From sequence record DRR723986_1769: DNA of 20,000 bases; one strand, written 5' to 3'. The translations under genes and the position numbers were made by a program. Each line of letters starts with the position of its first letter. Position 1 is the stretch's first letter. The notes below the pieces were generated by a model. It saw nothing but the letters and a program-made list of their open reading frames with translations, did no database searches and was not told the origin of the DNA. This document shows, piece by piece, positions 14,995 through 20,000 of the stretch.

Positions 14995-16761
14995 ATGTCC
15001 CAGAAACTCTTGCCTGTACTCGGCATCAGCGCCGCGCTAATGCTTAGCGGCTGCGGTAGCAGTTCATCCTCGTCAACGACCAATAACGGCTCGCCAAGTG
15101 GGAACGGTGGTGTTGCTGAGGCAAAAACCTTCAGCGACCAGGCCATTACCGCCGATGACGGCGAAACCATCGCCTTCACCGCCTACACACCGGAGAACCC
15201 GAGCGGCAAAGCCGTACCGCTGATTCTGCACGGTCACGGCTTTGGTCTTTCCCGCGCAAAAAATCTGGAAAACCCCAATCCACTGGAAGCGTTTACAACC
15301 AAAGATGTTTCCGGTGATGTGGCTCGCCAAGCGTGGCTGGACAAGGGCTACTATGTGATCAGCTTCGACCAGCGCGGCTTCGGTGACAGCACCGGGAAAA
15401 TTAGTGTGATGGACCCCGATGTGGATTGCAAAAGCATTTCCTCCATCATCGACTGGGCCGAAATCAATCTACCGAATTTAAAGCGCGACAATGGCGACCC
15501 GCTGATTGGTTCGGTGGGACTCTCTTACGGCGGCGGCTTCCAGACCGTGTGCTCGAGCGTCGACAAACGCTTCGACGCTATTGTACCGCTGGCAACCTGG
15601 AGCCACCTGCCCTATAGCCTGTACGCCGACAGCAGCCCCAAAACCAGCTGGCTGGACGTGCTGGGCATCGCCTCGATGGGCAATCTGGAAGACTACCTGT
15701 GGCCGGCGTTTCTGCAGGCCAACTCCACCGGCAACATCGACCAGTCGGTCATCGATAAACTCGCCGGGCACGGCCCGCTGTCCTACTGCCTGGGTGAGCG
15801 CAGCGACGGCGGCACCTTATCCAAAGCAGACGCACTGTTTATTCAGGGCGCTAACGATATCTTATTCAATGCCAACGAGGCTGTTGAGAATTACGAATGC
15901 TGGACCGGCCAAGGCCGGGACACCCACTTGTTTGTGCAGCGCGAGGGACATATTTTACCGCTGCTGCAAGATGCCGGTGAAATGATCCTGTTTGGCACCG
16001 ACGAGACCCTGTACTGCGACGACCAGCAGTTCGACACCACCACCATCGCGCTGGGTTTCCTCGCCAATAAATTGATGGGCGAACCGCAACAAGACCTGCC
16101 CGACGTGTGCTTCAGCCACGCGGCGTCTCAGCAGGGTCGCAGTTTCAGCAGCGTGGTTCGCGGTGGCACCACAACCCTGCTGCCGGCCAGCCAGGTAATT
16201 CCGGGCGGTGCCGCCTACGTCATCAACCTCTTACAGGCCTTGCCACTGGGCACCTTGCTAGAGGTGTTAGCGGGCCTACCCGGCGAAACCGCTGGCGTAT
16301 TGCAGGCCGTATTGGGCGGCTTGCAAGACCCGGCCTCCATCGCCGATTCCCTGGATGACATCCTGAATCTGATTCCCGCTGAAGTGATCAATAAAACCCT
16401 CGCGGCGGGTCAGTTTATTCCGCTAATTACAGTAGACAACGACGGCTTACTGGCCGGCATTCCCACCGCCAACCTGCTATTGGAAGGCGGCAACGGTGAC
16501 GGCAATCTGCTGTATGTTGGCCTGGGTAAACGCCGGGGCGGCGACGCGGCGCTGGTTAACGACCAGGTGCGGCCGGTGCGCGGTATCGGCGCCAAGCAAT
16601 TGGAACTGGTGGGTGTGAACGAAGACTTACAGGTGGGCGATGAGCTGGGACTGATGGTCTATGGCATTCATCCCTACTACTTGTATCCTGCGGGCCTGGT
16701 GCAACCGCCTCTGCCGGTTAGCGTGAATGGCACGGTACAGCTCCCCATTCACACTCAGTAA
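14995..16761 (+). CDS. Lipoprotein alpha/beta hydrolase, CocE/NonD (peptidase S15) family
   Basis: Lipobox LSGC followed by a Ser-rich linker, ILHGHGFG, FDQRGFGDSTG, nucleophile elbow GLSYGGG and IQGANDILF. Confidence 0.88.
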   Translation: MSQKLLPVLGISAALMLSGCGSSSSSSTTNNGSPSGNGGVAEAKTFSDQAITADDGETIAFTAYTPENPSGKAVPLILHGHGFGLSRAKNLENPNPLEAFTTKDVSGDVARQAWLDKGYYVISFDQRGFGDSTGKISVMDPDVDCKSISSIIDWAEINLPNLKRDNGDPLIGSVGLSYGGGFQTVCSSVDKRFDAIVPLATWSHLPYSLYADSSPKTSWLDVLGIASMGNLEDYLWPAFLQANSTGNIDQSVIDKLAGHGPLSYCLGERSDGGTLSKADALFIQGANDILFNANEAVENYECWTGQGRDTHLFVQREGHILPLLQDAGEMILFGTDETLYCDDQQFDTTTIALGFLANKLMGEPQQDLPDVCFSHAASQQGRSFSSVVRGGTTTLLPASQVIPGGAAYVINLLQALPLGTLLEVLAGLPGETAGVLQAVLGGLQDPASIADSLDDILNLIPAEVINKTLAAGQFIPLITVDNDGLLAGIPTANLLLEGGNGDGNLLYVGLGKRRGGDAALVNDQVRPVRGIGAKQLELVGVNEDLQVGDELGLMVYGIHPYYLYPAGLVQPPLPVSVNGTVQLPIHTQ

Positions 16762-16767
16762 GGATTC

Positions 16768-16792
16768 AGCCGGGGGCATTGCGCCTCCGGCT
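16768..16792. terminator. Stem-loop between convergent genes (probable terminator)
   Basis: AGCCGGGGGC-attgc-GCCTCCGGCT followed by TGTTGTT, located between the stops at 16761 (+) and 16809 (-). Confidence 0.65.
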
Positions 16793-16808
16793 TGTTGTTA
16801 AGCGGCGT

Positions 16809-17000
16809 TTAGCCAATACCCACAAAGGTTGCCAGCCAAAGGCTCAGCACGGTCATCGAGGTGACCGACGCAGCCAGAATCAGCAGCAATTTAAACGGCT
16901 TAAAGGGCTTTCGCTCGACGTCGTTATAACCCTTCTTCAGAAATTCATCGACTTTGAGCTGATCTTCGGGATACAGCTTATTGTGTTCGTTTTCCATCAA
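16809..17000 (-). CDS. DUF3094-like small membrane protein
   Basis: KLYPEDQLKVDEFLKKGYNDVERKPFKP followed by a single C-terminal TM helix. Confidence 0.8.
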   Translation of the reverse strand: MMENEHNKLYPEDQLKVDEFLKKGYNDVERKPFKPFKLLLILAASVTSMTVLSLWLATFVGIG

Positions 17001-17029
17001 TTACCGCCCCAATATAAATACATCGCCAT

Positions 17030-17066
17030 AAAAAAAGGCGGCCCCATTATCACAGGATGCCGCCTT
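17030..17066 (-). terminator. Rho-independent terminator
   Basis: AAGGCGGC...GCCGCCTT stem (17035-17042 / 17059-17066). The A-run at 17030-17036 gives a U-tract on the minus strand, downstream of the stop at 17118. Confidence 0.7.
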
Positions 17067-17117
17067 CAACTCCAGCCGTCGCCGTGCAGGGCACGGCAGG
17101 CTCTGGGATATCCGCGT

Positions 17118-18905
17118 TTACGCGAACGCTTCTTCCGCAATATCCATCAACGTGCTGCTGCCGTTGCGGATTGATGCGCTCAGTGCGCTGGCCTGTGGCA
17201 ACAGGCGCTGAACGAAGAAGCGAGCGGTTTGCAGCTTGGCTTTGTCGAACTCTTCACCCTGCTGGCTTTCACCGCTGAGCACAGTGCGACACATCATTGC
17301 CCACATGTAGCTGAACAGTGTGAAGCCCATTACGTGCAGGTATTCGTTCGCGGCTGCGCCAATCGCGTTGGCATCGCTGCCCGCTTGCTCAAGTACAAAC
17401 TTGGTCAGCGACTCGAGGTTGTCGACCGCGTCGTTCAGCGGGTTCAGGAATTCATCCATGCCCGCAACCGATGCAGAGTCGGCGCTGAAGGCGCGCATTT
17501 CAGCGATCAGTGCCTGAAGGTTCTTCGCGCCATTGGCGGCAACCTTACGCCCCATCAAATCCATCGCCTGGATGCCGTTGGTGCCTTCGTAGATCTGCGC
17601 AATGCGCACGTCACGAACCAGCTGCTCCATGCCCCACTCACGCACGTAACCGTGGCCGCCGTAACACTGTTGACCCAGTACGGTGCCCTCGAAGCCCTTA
17701 TCGGTCAGGAAGGCTTTCGCAACAGGCGTCAGCAATTCAACCATGCCCGAGGCCAGCGCCTTGGCATCGCCGTCGCCAAATTTAGACACGTCCAACTGCT
17801 TGCCCACATACACGGCAAATGCGCGACCCGCTTCAACCAGTGCTTTCTGGGTGAGCAGCATGCGGCGAACATCGGGGTGTACAACGATTGGGTCGGCAGG
17901 GCCGGCTTGGTTAACAGGGCCAGTCGGTGCACGGCTTTGCAGACGCTCACGCGCGTATTCACAAGACCACTGGTAAGCGGTTTGCGCAGCACTCAGTCCC
18001 TGAATACCGACTGACAAACGCTCGTAGTTCATCATGGTGAACATGCCTTGCAGACCGCGGTTGATTTCACCAACGAGGTAGCCTTCGGCACCGTCGAAGT
18101 TCATCACACAGGTTGCCGAGGCATTGATACCCATTTTGTGTTCGATGCTGCCGCAGTTCACGCCGTTGCGCTCGCCGAGGCTGCCGTCGTCATTCACTTT
18201 TACCTTGGGTACCAAGAACAGTGAAATACCTTTAGAACCCGCTGGAGCATCGGGCAGTTTTGCCAGCACCAGGTGGATAACGTTTTCGGTCAGGTCGTGG
18301 TCACCACCGGTGATGAAGATCTTAGTACCGGTAACCTTGTAGGTGCCATCGGCTTGTGGCTCGGCCTTGGTACGGATCATACCCAGATCAGTACCCGCGT
18401 GGCTCTCTGTCAAACACATGGCGCCGGCCCACTGACCGGAGTACATGTTAGGCAGGTATTTTTCCTTCAGCTCATCGGAGGCGTGGTTGTCGATGGCCAG
18501 TGCCGCGCCTGACGTCAGGGTCAGGTAGAGGCCCATCGCGATGTTGGAGGAGTACAGCATTTCCTCGAACAACAGTACCAGCATCTTGGGCATGTTCTGG
18601 CCGCCGTAATTCGGCTCACCCGCCAGACCACCCCAGCCGCCTTCGGCCAGTTGTTTAAATGCTTCTGGATACCCTTTGGGTGTGGTGACAACACCGTCGT
18701 CCCACTTCACGCCCTCTTCATGGCCAGACTGGCTCAAAGGGGCGATCAGGTTTTCATTGATCTTGGCACTTTCTTCAAGGATCGCATCCGCCAGCTCGCG
18801 GTTAACTTCCTCGGTTCCCGGCATGTTTTGCCAAAGCTGCTCGGCCTTAAATACCTCGTGCAGGACAAACTGCATATCACGCAGCGGCGCTTTATATTCG
18901 GGCAT
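17118..18905 (-). CDS. Acyl-CoA dehydrogenase (long ~600-aa type with C-terminal domain)
   Basis: MPEYKAPLRDMQF, MCLTESHAGTDLG, GTKIFITGG, EHKMGINASATC, GGHGYVREWG and QIYEGTNGIQAMDL. Confidence 0.95.
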   Translation of the reverse strand: MPEYKAPLRDMQFVLHEVFKAEQLWQNMPGTEEVNRELADAILEESAKINENLIAPLSQSGHEEGVKWDDGVVTTPKGYPEAFKQLAEGGWGGLAGEPNYGGQNMPKMLVLLFEEMLYSSNIAMGLYLTLTSGAALAIDNHASDELKEKYLPNMYSGQWAGAMCLTESHAGTDLGMIRTKAEPQADGTYKVTGTKIFITGGDHDLTENVIHLVLAKLPDAPAGSKGISLFLVPKVKVNDDGSLGERNGVNCGSIEHKMGINASATCVMNFDGAEGYLVGEINRGLQGMFTMMNYERLSVGIQGLSAAQTAYQWSCEYARERLQSRAPTGPVNQAGPADPIVVHPDVRRMLLTQKALVEAGRAFAVYVGKQLDVSKFGDGDAKALASGMVELLTPVAKAFLTDKGFEGTVLGQQCYGGHGYVREWGMEQLVRDVRIAQIYEGTNGIQAMDLMGRKVAANGAKNLQALIAEMRAFSADSASVAGMDEFLNPLNDAVDNLESLTKFVLEQAGSDANAIGAAANEYLHVMGFTLFSYMWAMMCRTVLSGESQQGEEFDKAKLQTARFFVQRLLPQASALSASIRNGSSTLMDIAEEAFA

Positions 18906-18962
18906 ATCTGATTCTCCACATTCTTTCGCGACGATCAGTCGCTATCCATAACGCAATGCACA

Positions 18963-18986
18963 AACGCCCACCGAAGGGTGGGCGTT
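18963..18986. terminator. Intergenic perfect stem-loop between the two acyl-CoA dehydrogenase genes
   Basis: AACGCCCACC-gaag-GGTGGGCGTT, a 10-bp stem with a weak U-tract. Confidence 0.6.
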
Positions 18987-19008
18987 GCTCGTTTGGGACC
19001 TTGCTAAT

Positions 19009-20000
19009 TTAGAACGCAAATGCCTCTTCGGGCATCTCCATCAAACTGTCAGCGCCGTTGAGCATGGACAGTTTGTGCGATTCAGTACGCGGCAGCAGGC
19101 GATCGTAATAGAACTTCGCAGTCTGCAGCTTGGCTTTCAGGAACTCGTCGTCGGCAGCGCCGTCTACGGCGGCAGCGGCCATGCGTGCCCACATGTAAGC
19201 CAGTGAGATGTAGCCAGAATACATCAGGTAGTCCACCGATGCAGCACCGACTTCGTCGGGGTTCTGCATGGCTTTCTCACCCAGCTTCATGGTGACTTCG
19301 CCCCACTCTTTGTTCAGTTCAGCCAGCTTGCTAATGAACGGCTCCAGCTCTGGGCGTGACGCCTGCTCTTCACAGAACTTGTGAATGATCTTAGTGAAGA
19401 CCATCAACTGCTTGCCGCCAGTACCCATTACCTTGCGACCCAACAGGTCGAGGGCTTGGATGCCGGTGGTGCCTTCGTACAGTGTAGAGATGCGCAGGTC
19501 GCGAACGATCTGTTCCATGCCCCATTCTGAAATGTAGCCGTGACCACCGTACACTTGCATACCGTAGTTGGCAGACTCCAGGCCTGTTTCGGTAACGAAG
19601 GCCTTGGCGATCGGCGTCAGCAGTTCAGACAGCTCTTCTGCGTCTTTACGCGCTTGCTCGTCGCCACTGAAGTAGAACGTGTCGACCAGTTGCGCCACCC
19701 AGTAGATAAACGCACGGCCACCTTCAGCCAGTGCTTTCTGAGTCAGCAGCATACGGCGCACATCGGGGTGTACGATCAGCGGATCAGCGGGGCCTTCTGG
19801 GTTTTTCGGGCCGCTCAGTGAACGCATTTGCAGACGCTCGCGAGCGTACTCCAGCGCACCTTGGAATGAGGCTTCACCCGCAGACAAGCCCTGCAGAGCA
19901 GTACCCAGACGGGCAGAGTTCATCATGTGGAACATCGCCTGCAGACCGCGGTTCTCTTCGCCAACCAGGAAGCCCTTGGCACCGTCGAAGTTCATCACAC
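19009..20000 (-). CDS. Acyl-CoA dehydrogenase (paralog of the adjacent gene), 5' part outside the window
   Basis: MFHMMNSARLGTALQG, HPDVRRMLLTQKA, GGHGYISEWGMEQ and LYEGTTGIQALDL. Confidence 0.93.
   Translation of the reverse strand, partial: VMNFDGAKGFLVGEENRGLQAMFHMMNSARLGTALQGLSAGEASFQGALEYARERLQMRSLSGPKNPEGPADPLIVHPDVRRMLLTQKALAEGGRAFIYWVAQLVDTFYFSGDEQARKDAEELSELLTPIAKAFVTETGLESANYGMQVYGGHGYISEWGMEQIVRDLRISTLYEGTTGIQALDLLGRKVMGTGGKQLMVFTKIIHKFCEEQASRPELEPFISKLAELNKEWGEVTMKLGEKAMQNPDEVGAASVDYLMYSGYISLAYMWARMAAAAVDGAADDEFLKAKLQTAKFYYDRLLPRTESHKLSMLNGADSLMEMPEEAFAF

Noticed and set aside
6306-19821. Numerous antisense and alternate-frame ORFs (e.g. 9260-10078, 17229-18014, 6631-7134)
   Set aside because: Shadows of well-supported GC-rich coding genes, with no motifs of their own.
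17118-20000. Tandem acyl-CoA dehydrogenase genes as a recent duplication
   Set aside because: The proteins are clearly diverged, and such paralog pairs are common in lipid-degrading gammaproteobacteria.

Overview
The window has two parts. Bases 1 to about 5930 are an AT-richer integron-type gene cassette array on the minus strand. It holds ten small ORFs separated by eight attC-like sites: six canonical, one with a mutated core and one strongly degenerate. The array begins at an attI-like site near 5921-5945, and no integron integrase lies beside it. The cassettes include a HEPN-motif protein in first position, a PLD-like nuclease-fold protein, a lipoprotein and a DUF4272 gene that the ORF track misses. 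Bases from about 6345 to 20000 are GC-richer gammaproteobacterial backbone. They contain a valine/isobutyryl-CoA catabolic operon with a divergent AraC (MmsR-like) regulator, where an AdhE/SauS-type acylating aldehyde dehydrogenase sits in the position usually taken by mmsA. They also contain a GNAT, a cobB gene frameshifted by an apparent 22-bp microhomology deletion, phzF, a CocE/NonD lipoprotein hydrolase, a DUF3094-like gene and two tandem acyl-CoA dehydrogenases. All family calls come from motif recognition by eye; no database searches were run.
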